A stretch of 64,000 nucleotides of DNA from Takakia lepidozioides (taxonomy: Eukaryota; Plantae; Bryophyta), in contig CM060733.1 in NCBI GenBank assembly GCA_030704615.1, forward strand, positions 65,782,001-65,846,000. Direction: 5' to 3'. Below the pieces are notes generated by a model. That model was not told the DNA's origin, did not search any database, and was given only the letters and a program-made list of their open reading frames with translations. How positions within the stretch are numbered: the first letter of the stretch is position 1; every line of letters starts with the position of its first letter. Positions 25,011-37,900 of the stretch are shown here, piece by piece. Position numbers and translations under genes: made by a program.

Positions 25011-26199
25011 AGTGGGACCAGCGGAGGAAACCGAGGAACTCGAGGTATACTCTACTTCCTTATACAGTCAAAAAAAGGAGGGGAGGGATGGAGCCTATCT
25101 TCTTAAACTAGACTGGGACAGGGGTGCCATCAATGCTTCTCTATTTCAGTATGAAGAGGGTAAGGAAGAGTTGAGAGAAACTAGACATATTTAAGCGCAA
25201 TGTGGACCAAATATGAGCTTGAACCAAGTTCATTCAATGGGTCATTCAAGTGTTGAACGCATCTACGTGTTTTAGAGACGGAAAACTACGTTTCGTTTGC
25301 ACATGATTTTTTTTTAATTCCGCTCTTAAACCATATGCTTAATGACAACATATGTTGCAATGTGCGCACAAATTGAGAGTGAATAAAAGTCATTTGGACC
25401 CAAAACCATATTTTCTTCCCTCATTTGCACTCCAAAGTTGAGTTGTCTTCAACTTCATGAAATCTTCATAAAGAGTTAAGCAAAAGTGAACAAAGAAAAC
25501 ACTTTTTTTTCAACATTTGTTTTTGGTCCAATCTTTTGCACAGATATAGTGGTGTTCACACCACAAAATACAGGAAAAAAATAAATCATTACGTCGCAGA
25601 AATCCCCAATCCTAGAACCCCAGGCGAGAGGGTATTGCGACGCCCTAGCTCGACTGCGACGACGGGAAATCACAACCTCGCCATTGTGGACGGGGGGCCG
25701 TTGCGACTCCGTGGCGACGCAGCCTCCCGGGTGTCAGTACAGTATCTGCAAAATAAATCATTCTTAGATCACGGAATATGAAATCCCTAGACGTAATTTC
25801 CATGTGGATGAAACATTTATGTTCTGGAAATTGGTGGTGAGGATTGGATTTGACGCCCACCAGTTCGCAATCATGGGGTCTGGGACACAAGGAACATGCA
25901 CTCATTTTGGCACAAAGATTGTCAGGCATCACTTTTAATGAGGGAATTGTATGATCATACTCTGAAGTTGGAGAGAAGTCAAGAATTTCTGAGGTGATGA
26001 TGATCTGAGACATCAAGAATTGTAGCTACAACAACCAGTCAACGAATTTGCAGATTACTTCATTACCTACACAGACAATGGTTTGTCTCTCCCTCTTAGT
26101 CATCATGGTTGCCACCTGTGAGAGAGATGATTAGTCACAACCCTTGCTACTTCCAGCTAGTGAAGCTGGTTTGGCACCTTAGCTGGCTCGGCCCTCCCC

Positions 26200-26500
26200 A
26201 CGCACCTAAGTGGGAGAGGGTGTTGTTGCGACTCCCGGAGTCTCCAGCTGACGGCCGGCGTTAGAGCGTTCCGGCGATTCCTGGGCGACGCAACCCCAGT
26301 GCGCTGGCGGGTCATGCCCCAATTCCAGTGACCTAGTGGCAATGCAAGGTGGGGAAAGGTCGCCTGAGCGGCGCCGTTGCGACGCTCTGACGTCGTAATT
26401 CACGGGCCAGGCGCCTGCGCGGCCCTGCAGTCGCAAGGGGGTCGGCGTGTCCGGCGCGCTTGGGGTCCCGCGTTGCTAACCTTCCCTAAATGTAGTAGTG
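26200..26500 (-). mobile_element. CACTA element terminus with TTGCGAC subterminal repeats
   Basis: The reverse complement ending at 26500 reads CACTACTACATTTAGGGAAGG. GTTGCGAC/GTCGCAA repeats occur at 25630-25720 and 26220-26440. It truncates the adjacent LINE. Confidence 0.7.
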
Positions 26501-29500
26501 TTAGTATGACTAGTGGAGGTCGAGGCTTGCTTGCTAGCTTCTCGAGTAAGGGTGGTTTTGAGGTTGCGGATAGGGCGTGGCTCCGTAGGGCCTGGGACGG
26601 GGTGGATGAACCAAAATGGGTTGGTGTGGGCAACATGAATGGGATCCGATGTAGGGTCTACCTCGGGTCGGGTGGCACCTCGTTGGGCGAAGAAGTTAGC
26701 TATATCGTTGCCAGTGATGCCAGTGTTGGAGCGAACTTTTAAAAAGTGGATGGGCTGGTTTATGGAGATAGCTAGACAAACGATGGCAGCGATGAGGTTC
26801 CGGTCTGAATGATAGTGGTGAGAGGAGGGTTGAGAGAGGTGATTACGGATGAGAGAGAGTGAGGTGAGACTATCTGTAAAGATATAGTGAGGTGGGGGGA
26901 ATGATGAGAGATGGGTGAGGGCATCGTGTATGGCCATGAGCTCGGCGCAAAGGATGGTGGCCGGGCCAGGGAGGCGCAGGGAACGCCTTGGTTGGTAGCA
27001 GCATGATAGATACCATATCGAGCTCTGGGGCCTGCAAATGAGGGATCCGTCGGTGTAGTGAGAGTGGGCACGTGGGTATCTGAGAGGAAGATCCTTCTGG
27101 GATATCGGGGGTTTGGTGTGGACAGATATGATAGGGGGGACGGTTGGACGGGTGAACATACGAGACCATGTTTTAGAGCTGTTTATGTTAGGGTAGAGAC
27201 GAGGGGTAGGAGTTTGGGAAGGGGGGATAGGGAATGTGGTGGCATTCGTGTCATGTATATCTATTAGAAGGTGTTTGAGGCGGGATGGGAAGTCGGCGGG
27301 TATAAGGGTATCTACGGTGGTGCGATGGATAAGCAGTATGAGGGTTAGGGCGGGTTCTCGGTGTTTAAGGTATTTGGGGAGGGGCGGGGTGCAGTAATAT
27401 TGGATCTGGTCTGGGTCAATTGCGGCTAAAGGCGTAACCTCAGGGGGAAGCTGGAGGAGGGGGTGCGGGCCATTTGGCAGTTGTTGGTGTGTCAGAAGAA
27501 GGATGGTGGCGGTAGAGGGGGAGGACTCGGCCGCAAGACGAGCCCATTGTAATGCGTCATGCGTGGGAGAACCTTGGGGCGGGTGTGCAAAGCCGCGGCC
27601 AGTCCAGGTATGTTGGGAGGCAAAGCCAATGGCTCCAAATATGCAATCTCGGGGGTGCGAGCTTGAGTATGATGAGAGTATCATAGGGCATGTAAGTGGG
27701 CTTGAGTAATAAGAGCATGTGATTTGAAAAGAGTCTATAGGAAGTGCTAGGATGTCCGGTGGGAGGGTAGTATGGGACTGGGCTAGTGTTAGGCGCTTGA
27801 GGAGGGAGCGAGGTTTTTTGGGGGGGGTATCAATCAGATAGCGGTCCACGAGCCAACAGATTTCTGTAGCAAAGTCTTGCCTAGCTGGTGTGAGCTGGCT
27901 AGGTGGTGGGTTTGAGGTAGAGAATCTGTGCCATAACCAGGTGAGTTTGCTGTTTGGAATGAGTCCGATGTAGCGGCCATGAGAGGCATATAGTTTGGAC
28001 ATACATTTGTCGAGGCGTATTATGGGGGAGGTGTGCAGGATGTCTTTGTCAGGATTACATTCTGTGATGCATACATGTACCTCAGGGGCAGCTAGGGGGT
28101 TATGGACGTATCGGGCGTCTATCGATTGGGTTTGGGAAGTGTGGTGTTGGTGGATATGGGCTAGGTAGTTGGTGTTGGTGGATTTATGAAATGCGGTGAG
28201 GAGGTCAAGGTTGTGGGCCCGGTCACGTCATCATGGGACCCAAAGAGGTCATCATCGGCTTGCCAGGTGTTGTCTTCCGATGGGTACCCAGCCCATTTGC
28301 ATAGGTAGAAAGTATCTAGGCATGTGGCGCCAAATTCATCGATGGTGGTTTGAGTTCTGGTTCCTAAATTAAATAGCTTCGATAATGAAGGCTTCCGAGT
28401 TCTCTGGGTTAATATTTTGCGGATTCGGGGGTGAGGGCGGGCTGGTTGGGGACATCGAGGTATTAGGGGGATGGGTAGGAGTGTGGGGGGTGGTAGAGCC
28501 AGGGGAGGTGGGTATGGTCGGGTTAGATCCGGTCATTTGGGGAGGGGGGGACAGTGAACAGGTGAAGGTTGAAAGGGGGGGTGGTGGTGTTAGTTTGAAA
28601 GGTCTGGGTGGTGGGCTGAGCTTTATGTGTGCCATCATGAGAATAGAAGGGGTGGGCTGTTCTGTATGAGGAAGAAGGTCTTGGTGTTATGGGGGAAAGA
28701 GTTTTGCATGGTAGATCGCATTCAAGAGTACATGAGGGAGTCATGTGGCAGAAAAAGGTTTAGCAGTAGGGACAGATAACAACACGTTTTTTACGTGAAA
28801 TATTTGAGATTGAAATCTTGGGGTGAGAGTAGTATGTAGCCAGAGGCTGTGGTGAGTTGGGCTAGTGTTTTTTTGTGTACTTTTTTTATGGGTCTGGTTA
28901 AAGTAGGCTAATATGGGTGTTTTTTGGCGGGGGGTTGGAGAGTTCCTCGAATCGGAGAGAGATGGACTGTTGAGCCATGCTCGTTCAAGGGGTGAGATGA
29001 TGTATAGGGTAGCCCGTGGGAGGGAGTCGGTTGTATGCTGAGTTCATTTGCGTAGCATGTATTAGAGTTCTAGAGGTGGGAGAGTGGGCTGGCGGCAGGT
29101 TGGGGGTGAAGGGGGGGCAGGGAGTAAAGGCCATTGTATTTATTAGCAGTTACTTGGATCTGAGGAGACCCCTGTATATAAGTCCCAGTCGTCCGGGGTC
29201 ATTGAATGCTTCTTCTAGTTGTGTACCACGGGTGCGGGCATATGAGGTAATTAGTTGGATGCTGCTAATGCCATAACTATCAGTGATTGATGTTGGGTAA
29301 GAGCGTTGGGGGTGCTGGTGGTAGGACCAAAACAAATACGTTTAGTGAGTTGGATAAAATGTTTATCGATTAATTTAATATCGGGAGGAGGAAGGGTGTT
29401 GTGTGAAAAAGATATTGAAATTGTGGAGTTTGAGTACCGATTGAATAATGGAGAGGTTTGGGGCGAATGCCAACTGGAGATTTGAGGAGGGGCATGCTTC

Positions 29501-30372
29501 TGTCAGTCAGTTAGAAATCCAGAGTGGTTTTTTGTAGGTGCCATAGAAGTGATGGAACAAGCTGTATACCTAGGTAGGTATATGGTTCGTCAGGGCCTAG
29601 GAAGGGGAAGTTTTTATTTTGATAGTGGATATGCAGGCTGGTTGTGAGGCAATTGTATAGTGAATTTGCTATGATGGGTGGCTGCGGTAACAGCGCATTT
29701 GTGCAAGCTTAGCTCCATTCCAGACCATTGGTTGAATCGGGATAGTTTGTCGACTTGTGTATTGAGATGCTGATGGCATGGGATAGGATGGCAAGGTCAT
29801 CGGCATATGATGCCGGAGAAATTTCGTTATCAGAAGTTTTGTAGTGGTAGCCTAGTTGGCCATGATCGATCCATCTTAAAAGGGGTTCTAAGAAGATGTA
29901 TAAACGATTGGGCTTAAGGTGTCGCCTTGGATAGTCCCTCTCAGAATTGGAATGGGGGGGGGGGGGTGGAGCCATCGTATGAACCAGCATATTCTGTGGA
30001 GCTGCCAGTATAAATGTTGCCAATGAGTTGAAATGCTATCAGTTGGGTAGCCCAGGTCCGTCATAATGGCGAGGAGACGAGAGTGGTCTATAGAGATATC
30101 TGAAGGCATTTTTAAAGTCGATGTATAGGAGGTAAATGTCTTGTTTAGTGAGTTTGGCGTCTTCTAGTGCAGATAGCACATATTGTATTGGGTGAGTGGT
30201 GCTACGAGTGGCGCGGAAGCCTTACTGGGGGTCGCTAAGAATGCGGTGGCGTTCTCCGTATCTTGAGAGCATCGTAGTTAACATGCTAGTGAAAAGTTTG
30301 TATATGGTGTTAGCTAGGGCTATGAGACAGTAGTTACCGAGATCTGTGGGGTCTCCTTTTTTATATATGAGG
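26501..30372 (-). mobile_element. Non-LTR retrotransposon (Dualen/RandI-like): RT - chromodomain - PCIF1-like MTase - RNase H, degenerate
   Basis: RT: ILIYKKGDP..LGNY..IALANTIYK, GFR, YIDF, RGTIQGD, YADD, YTYLG. Chromo: YLCKWAGYPSEDNTW (about 28240-28395). PCIF1-like at 27490-27960. RNase H: YTDGS, AELMAI, IFTDS, KV...GNDIAN. Confidence 0.85.
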
Positions 30373-30800
30373 ATAGTACGAGTATGTTTCCATGATGGGC
30401 TTTGGCCCAGTCTGGGCATCCCTTAGAGCTCATATGCTGTGGAATTTGTGGAAAGTTAGGTGTGCTTGGGTCTATGATTGCAAAACCCCCAGAGGCAGAT
30501 CGGTATTGTTTCATACATACAATGATCTGTTAACTGAGGGGAGAAAAGCTTGGGGGCCAATTGTGTACAGCTGTTCCCAAAACTACAGAACAACGCTGGA
30601 GAAAGCTACTCCAAGTTTTCGAACAAGTCCGGGGCAAAAGCAACTTGCTCAGCACCCGTCTTCCCAACCTGCATTTTTGATGGCAAGACTCCATCCCCCC
30701 TCAATGGGAAGTCCACTGGTGAAGGGGAGGAGGCCGAGTTCAATTAGCGAGTCCCAAAAAGAGCTTGGGATCGAAAGTTTACAACCCAATTGAAAATTTG
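30373..30800 (+). mobile_element. L1-type LINE ORF2 C-terminal fragment
   Basis: W..LRAHMLWNLWKVRC.WVYD resembles the LWxIWxxRN motif at the end of plant L1 ORF2. Confidence 0.55.
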
Positions 30801-31976
30801 AAACTTAGGACCCCTCTTTGGTGGATGTTCAATAATACCTCCCAGTTCTTTTTCTAGGCTCTCTTTGCTGAGACTACTCAGGACACACCCCTTCTCTTTG
30901 CTACTTGCTACTTGATTTGCTACTTCTCTCCGTATAGCTTTGGCTTCGAAGAAAGCCTTGGTACTCTCTTCCGCACTATCACTTCATCTCGGTCCTCTTT
31001 CGGTTATGCTTTTTTGGCTAGTTTGCTAGGGTCAGGGGGGATCCCCACAATAAGCTTGCACAGCCCTACGGTTGGTAATTTTCCCCTTCTTTTTCTTTTG
31101 TTTGTGACTATTTTTTCACTTAATTTGAGTAAAAGGGCCACTGTCCCCTTTCCTTTAAAAAAAACATACTCGATTATTCTACGTATTACATTGATATATA
31201 GGGAAGTACGATGGTATTGTACGGGGGAGGCGACAACAAGAAGAGTGAAGATGGAGAAGGGGATGGAGGCGCGCACGCAGGCTGCCTCGCTGCGCTGTGC
31301 GCGGGCTGCACAGGAACGCATGTGTGGGGATTGCTCTGCAGCTACGGTTCCTAATGGAGCTGATTATCTTGAGCTTCGCTTGTTATATCGGGCTGGAGCT
31401 CTGCCTGTGGATGTCGGGGAGTTTGCATTCTGTTTTGATCTGTTTTGAGCTCGCGGATTCATTTTTACCCGCACTAGCTTTAGCTCTGGAGGTTGGAGCG
31501 GATGCTATTGAGGTTATCACTGCCAAAATGCAGAGATATTTCTCTCTGGTGTCGTACTTCCTTACGGGTTCAAGTTGGGGCATCGTTAATTGATTTCTTC
31601 ACCTAGTTTCTCGACTATATCAGATCGAATCTTGCTTTCCAGCTATGGAATGCTTGCACGAACGTCTTTCAATGTAAGAAAATGTAGGTGTACGTGACTG
31701 TAGTTCCAAAGGAAAGCTATCAGTTACATGTAGGTGCGCTCTCTGCGAAAGGTGATCCGTCCGGGGTTGAATGCTGTTCTCTCATCGTGAGAAGTCTCTG
31801 CAGTACATTTGTCAGTCACATGGAGGACAAATTTTTACCATGTACCCGCTCCGGTAGGTTAGAACAGTGAAGGAAACACCAGTGGTAGAAAAAATATTCA
31901 GGACAGTGGAGAGCGTAAGGCTTTTACTTATGGAAAGGAAATCAGGAAAATTACAAGAAAGGTGAAGCTTGTAAGC

Positions 31977-34900
31977 ATGGAATCAAGGATGGAGCAGTAC
32001 GAGATTATGGAGCAAGTTGGCAGGGGAGCATTTGGGTCTGCAATCCTTGTTAACCACAAGATAGAAAAGAAAAAGTAAGTAGTCCAGACCATTTCTTGTC
32101 CTTTCGGTTATTTAATGTCAAGATCATCTATGAAAATACTGGAAGCTTTTCCTTTTCTGGTTCATTGTCAGTGACATGTCTTTTTCTTGCCCCATCTCCA
32201 GTGATGATGGCTACGGCCTTCACACTTTTGTGATGTAGAATCCAGGCTGCATTGCTGTACAAGATGGAATTGATTATAATAAAGTTGCATGTGGACCATG
32301 ATTAGCTTCAGTGGTCTCGGCCATGGTGCAGAACTTGCTGCAGCTAGCTCATACAGTCAGCAGACCTGTGGTTGTGTTTCTGAAACAACTACACATCCTT
32401 GATGGCAATGTAATTGTATTAAAACCATGTCCCTCTCAAATAGTAGTCGAGTATATGTGGAAGCATTTCTGGTGATGGTCTATCGTATGAATTCAGGTAT
32501 GTGCTGAAGAAGATCCGACTCGCACGGCAGACTGACAGATGTCGGCGATCTGCTCATTTAGAGGTGATTCCAGGTTAAACTAAACTGTGGAAGTTTGGTG
32601 GATGTGTGACTTAGCAGTTCCGGATGCTTCAAATCCAACTTTTTTGTGAAGTAGAAGGTGCAAACTTAAGGCTGACTGCACATGTCTTCTTGTCTCAGTG
32701 AAGGGCCGCCTGTTAGTCCCACGTAGCTGTTTCTGTAACCCATTTTGTCTCCCTGTCCTCTAGGGAGCCTATTCATTAGGGACTGATACGGCGAGTACTT
32801 AATGTCTCTGTGACTAAATTGCCGGCCTTGTGACCTCGTGTCTTTGTTTGTTTCGACCTGAAGCGCTTTGCGCCAGGTAAGGTAGTGCATTGGAGTGCTT
32901 GGGGCCTTTCCCTCTTTAGAATATGCCTACACGGGCCATTCCCTGCAACTTCCTGATCTCCGAATGGTAACAAGCGGACCCCTACCGCTTGGGGGCAACC
33001 CCTCCGCCCAAATTGGGCAGTCGTATGCTCTGTCTAGCATACTCGGCACTTGGGATAGGGTTGGTCCTTGTGCTTAAACTTATGGCCTGTGAAAACAATC
33101 AAAACAGTATCTCCTAAAAACATCAACACTCCCCAAGGTGATTCCTGGGAATTGGTTACTTATGCCAAATCTAGGGCTAGACCTTGGTGATTCACTGGGG
33201 CGCTCTAGGAACAACCAAGGGCAGGGACTTCAACTTGAGGAGTTTCAATCGGTTGATGCTCTGGATGAGGTTGAATCCAAACAGCCAGAAGGACAATCTG
33301 CCCCTAAGTGTACGGACCTGAATGTCCTGTATCTATGAAGGATTGGTACTCTGAATGGTTTACCAATCCTCAAGGTTTACACAAGACGAGCAAAATCTAT
33401 ACACGGAGTCAATTGTCCCCAAGCAGTCAGACGGACAATCTGTCCCTAAGTGTGCAGAGCCTGAACGTCGTGTAACTGAATGATTTGGTACTCGGAATGG
33501 TGAGACCAATCCTCAAAGTCTACACGTAGTTGTCCCAAAGCAGTCAGACGGACAATCTGTCCCTAAGTGTGCGGAGCCTGTACGTCGTGTAAATGAAGGA
33601 TTTGGTACCCTGAATGGTTTACCAATCCTCAAAGTTTACACAAGACGAGCAAAATCTACAACGGGGTGGTAAACTGTCCCCCTTTGCAGAGCGGTTGGCC
33701 GTCCAGGAGCAATCATAAAAGCTACCTAGACGACAAACAATTCATATGCAAAGGGCTGGATTGCAGCTGGGCACTTTCAATTCTTAGGAATGACTAACCA
33801 AAGGAAACAACGCGAAGTGGGACAAGTTCTTCAGCGCCAAGGACATCATATTTGTGATGGTCAAGAGCATGGGAAACACCGGATAAATTGGTTGGAGATG
33901 TCAATGGGTATAAGTGGCCAGGTAAGATGTGTACTCTCAAGGCAGCCTCTGCCAAACGCGGCCAAAAAGGGGTTGGATTCTTTGTCTGCGATTTTTGTTT
34001 GATAATTGTGAAATTATCAACAAGGGTTTGAGGTATGAGCATAGTATCTGGTAAAAATGAAACATGAAGGGCGTGCTCCGAAAACCTTTGGGGTTGTGTA
34101 TACACGCCAATAGAGGGGACCCTTAGGTTGACGCAGACAAAGCCTTCGAAGATGTAAAGCTGGACTGTGCCAAAGGTCAGGTGGTTCTATTGGGTGACTT
34201 CAATGCCCGGGTGGGCAAAGGTCTCCATCAGGATGATATAATATGGGCCTTTCTGTGAGGACGAGCTGAATTCTAATGGCAGACGGTTAATTAACTGTCT
34301 GGAAGAGCTTCAGCTTTTGACCTCGAATAACAGGACAAGAGGTGACCAAATGCAGTGGACTCGTGAGGAAAACCCAAACTGGGGAACTGTTCCATTGCGG
34401 ACTATATCATAATGGACAAAAATTTGTTTCCCCGTGTGCCAATGTGTTGATCGACAGAACTGATAGTGGTACTCTGACCACTTCCTGGTTTGGACTGAGA
34501 TCAAAAGTGTTTTCCCAACACCAAGAGATCTGTGAAACGTTCGATTCGGAAGTGGTGCATAGAAAAATTCCATAATGAAGAGGTGAAGGCTGAGTATGTC
34601 CAGGCCTTGCAAGAGGCTCTCCCTCATTTTATCCACTCGCTCCAAGAACTTCAGTCTCGCTCTGACAACGCAAGAAATGAAGTCGAAAGAGCAGTGGACT
34701 CTGGGAGAGTTTCGTCTCCTGTGGCTGACAAGATCATGGGAGGAAAACTAATTGTCTGCGGTAGAGCTGTTAATTGGTGGACCAATGATATTAAACTCAA
34801 GATAGCTGAGAGATGTCCAGGCCTTGCAAGAGGCTCTCCCTCTATAAAGAGTGCTGCAATTTGAAAAACAACAGAGAATTGTGGGCGAGGTACTACCAGC

Positions 34901-37900
34901 TCCATTAAGAGATCAATCAGCTTGTAAGGTCTCAGACGAAATTATACTGGGACAAGTTATACAGTGAAATAAACTCAAAATCACCATGGTGGTAATGACA
35001 AGAGATTCTGGTTGGCTTCAACGTTTGTACAAGCGAAAAAGCGGTCAGCAAGTATAAGCGCTGAATTGAAGACTACTAAAGGTGCAGTGTGACTTCATCG
35101 GTTGACATTGTCAAAAACCTTTGAAACTCACTACAGTATTCTTGGCAGAACTTCTAGGTCTAACAGTGAGGGGTCCTCTGATGAATGGAGGGACACAGTT
35201 GGAAAAACTGTTCCTGTGATTCAAAACAGCCCTGATGAACTGGAGTATTTCAATGGCTTAGAACGCTCCCATTAGTTCTCTGAGATTGTGGAAGCAATGA
35301 TTGAACATTTAAACGGATATAAAGCTGGTGGACCTGATGGCATAGTCAACGAGCTTATCAAGCACGGTGGCGATCCCATGATAGAGGCCCTAGTTCTCGT
35401 CTTTAACCTTATCTGGAAGACTGAACGATCCCCTTTAGCTGGCAACAGGGGGTCATTGTCAATCTATACAAGAAGGGTGACAGAGAAGAACCGGGGAAAA
35501 CTACTGTGGCATCACGCTCCTCAATGCTGTTGGCAAGACATTTTGCAGAGTTATAAGTACTCGTCTCGAGGTTGATCTGGAATCTAGAGGTTGTTTCCAC
35601 GAAGGGCAAGCTGGCTTTCGGCGAAACAGGGGCTGTGTGGATCATATCTTCACTCTAAGCCAGATTATCCAGGGAAGGAAAAAAGAAGGGAAACCCACTT
35701 ATGTTTTTTTCCTGGATGTCAAAAAGGTTTATGACACAGTGTGCAGAGATGGCCTATGGCTCCGCCTCTGGTCTTGTGGGATCAAGGGAAAGATGTGGAG
35801 AGTTGTCCACAACTTGTATGTTCACACCAAAAGCTGTGTCACTGTTAATGGACAGAAGTCCAACTTCTTTGAAATAGACCAAGGTGTAGCTCAAGGCTGT
35901 ACTCTCTCCCCTCTGCTCTTCAATGTTTTCATCAATCAACTCCTCGAGGATGTGGAAAGTGAGGATTTGGGTTAAGGGTGGGTGATACCACCATACCAGC
36001 CCTTATGTTTGCGGATGACTTCGCAGGCATAGGGGAGACTCCAACCAACCTCCAGGAGTTGAGTGATTGCGCGAAGAGATACGTTGATCTTTGGGGGCTA
36101 GAGGCTAATGTCAGCAAGTGTGCAGTGGTAGCATTCAACGACAGAGGAGAGGGAGGAAGTGATCTTAAGTGGCAGTGGAGTAGCCAAGAGATCCCGGTCC
36201 TCCCTTCCTACACTTACCTGGGCGTTGAGTTTTCCTTCAATTGTAATTGGGATGGACATATCCAGAAAGTTGTTCAAACTGGCAAGGGCAAAGCTCTGGG
36301 GCTCACTAAATTTTTCCACTGCAGAGGGGTCAACTCTGAGGTTAAGACAACCATGCTTTGTCGCGTTATTAGACCTGCCTTGGAGTACGGATCTGCTATA
36401 TGGGTTGATAACTCCAACCAGGCTAAGTCTCTTGAATCCATTCAAGTGGGGGTGCTTAAGGAGTGTATGTCAGCATGCTCCAAAACAGCCAATGTGGCTG
36501 TTTGGGGTGAAGTTTGGCATTCCGTCCTTAAGCTCCCAACAAGATGAATTCAAGGTCAGATGGTGGGGTCGGCTGCAACATATGTCCAACACCAGATATC
36601 CTAAGTTAATCGACTCTATATCTTGGAAACAGGACCGCCCTGTCAAACAGGCTAAGTCCTGGCAGAGGGGAGTAGAAGAGATTCTCAAGGACCTGGATCT
36701 GGATCCGCAAGTCTTGATCCTGCTGGATAAATCTGACTTAGAGGCTGTAGTGTCCAAAGCCATGTCTGTTGCCATGAAATTGTCTGACCTCAAGGGTCTA
36801 CCCACTCTCGGCACTAGACTGAAATTTAAACTCAGGGCAGGAAGCCTACCTTTGAACAGCAAACGGAAGCAGAGAGGAAAGGGAGAGTGCAATTGCCCGT
36901 TGTGTGGGCAACCTGAAGACAGTATTCATTGTCTGATACACTGTCCGGGGTTCTCTCACCAAAGAGACGCTCTCTTCAAATCTCTCAAGGGAATTGTGCC
37001 TGTGCCTCTGTTTACCAACTTTGAAAGTCTCGAGGCTGAGCCAAAAGCCCAGGCCCTTCTGAGGCCTAGTTTTTGTGTGAAGGGATTTCTAGAGGATATC
37101 TGGAAAACCCGGATCAATTCTATGTATCAAGGTAAGTCTTACTACCAACGTCAGCCCCTGACAGAGGTAGGTTCTGTCCCTTTGGTTTCCGCTCAAACTG
37201 GGCGCAGGGTCAATGGCCACAAGGCTACGGCAAACAACGTCTTATGAGTACATTCTGTAACCCATTTGACAGTGTAATAATAAAGTGATGGGCATTGTAT
37301 TTGCAGATGTCTCTGGTATCCAGGGTGCAGCACCCTTACATTGTGGAGTACAAGGAGTCCTGGGTGGAGAAGGTAATTGACTTTTCTTCCTGATCTATGC
37401 TTCTAGAGAGTTGGTTATAATTACAGGTGGTTTCATTGATATGGCCAAGCCTGTGCTCCTCCCTGATTTTTTTGTGTTGCTGTCGTTTTCACAGGGGTGC
37501 TATGTTTGCATAGTGACAGGCTACTGTGAAGGTGGTGATATGTAAGTGGAAACCCCAATGCCATTGTCCACTTACGATTGGTTACTCTTTGGCTGTACAA
37601 GGTTTTGTGAAAGGTCGTCAAACTTGTGAGAATGCATTGCCTCTGTCTAGATATGCAACGATTATTCAAGGGATAATGGAGCTTATATCTTTCAGTTTAG
37701 TTCCAGCTCTTGAAGTTTCTGCATTGTATGCACTTTTGGGCTTCTACTGTGGAGCACAGTGAAGAGAACACCTGACAAACTGTGAAAACTGACAGAAAAG
37801 ATCATGCATGGCTAGATTCTCTATTTGGTTACTTGAAAATGTGGTTAGACAATACCTCTTCTTGATTGAGACAAATGAACTGTATCATGTGGGTTGGTTC

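Larger units (their letters stand above)
32746..37252 (+). mobile_element. Near full-length APE-RT LINE (RTE/RTEX-like) in NEK intron 2
   Basis: 15-bp TSD TTCTGTAACCCATTT at 32731-32745 and 37253-37267. APE: [21 protein letters not shown]: [45 protein letters not shown]-terminal [14 protein letters not shown]. Frameshifted. Confidence 0.92.

Noticed and set aside
22093-26500. Single CACTA element spanning both termini
   Set aside because: The TIRs (CACTAGAAG vs CACTACTAC) and subterminal motifs differ, so these are two families.
32930-33045. HDV-like or hammerhead ribozyme at the LINE 5' end
   Set aside because: A P1-like pairing (GCCATTC/GAATGGT) exists, but I could not find P3/P1.1 or CUGANGA/GAAA cores. 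The segment lies within a TSD-bounded solo LTR.
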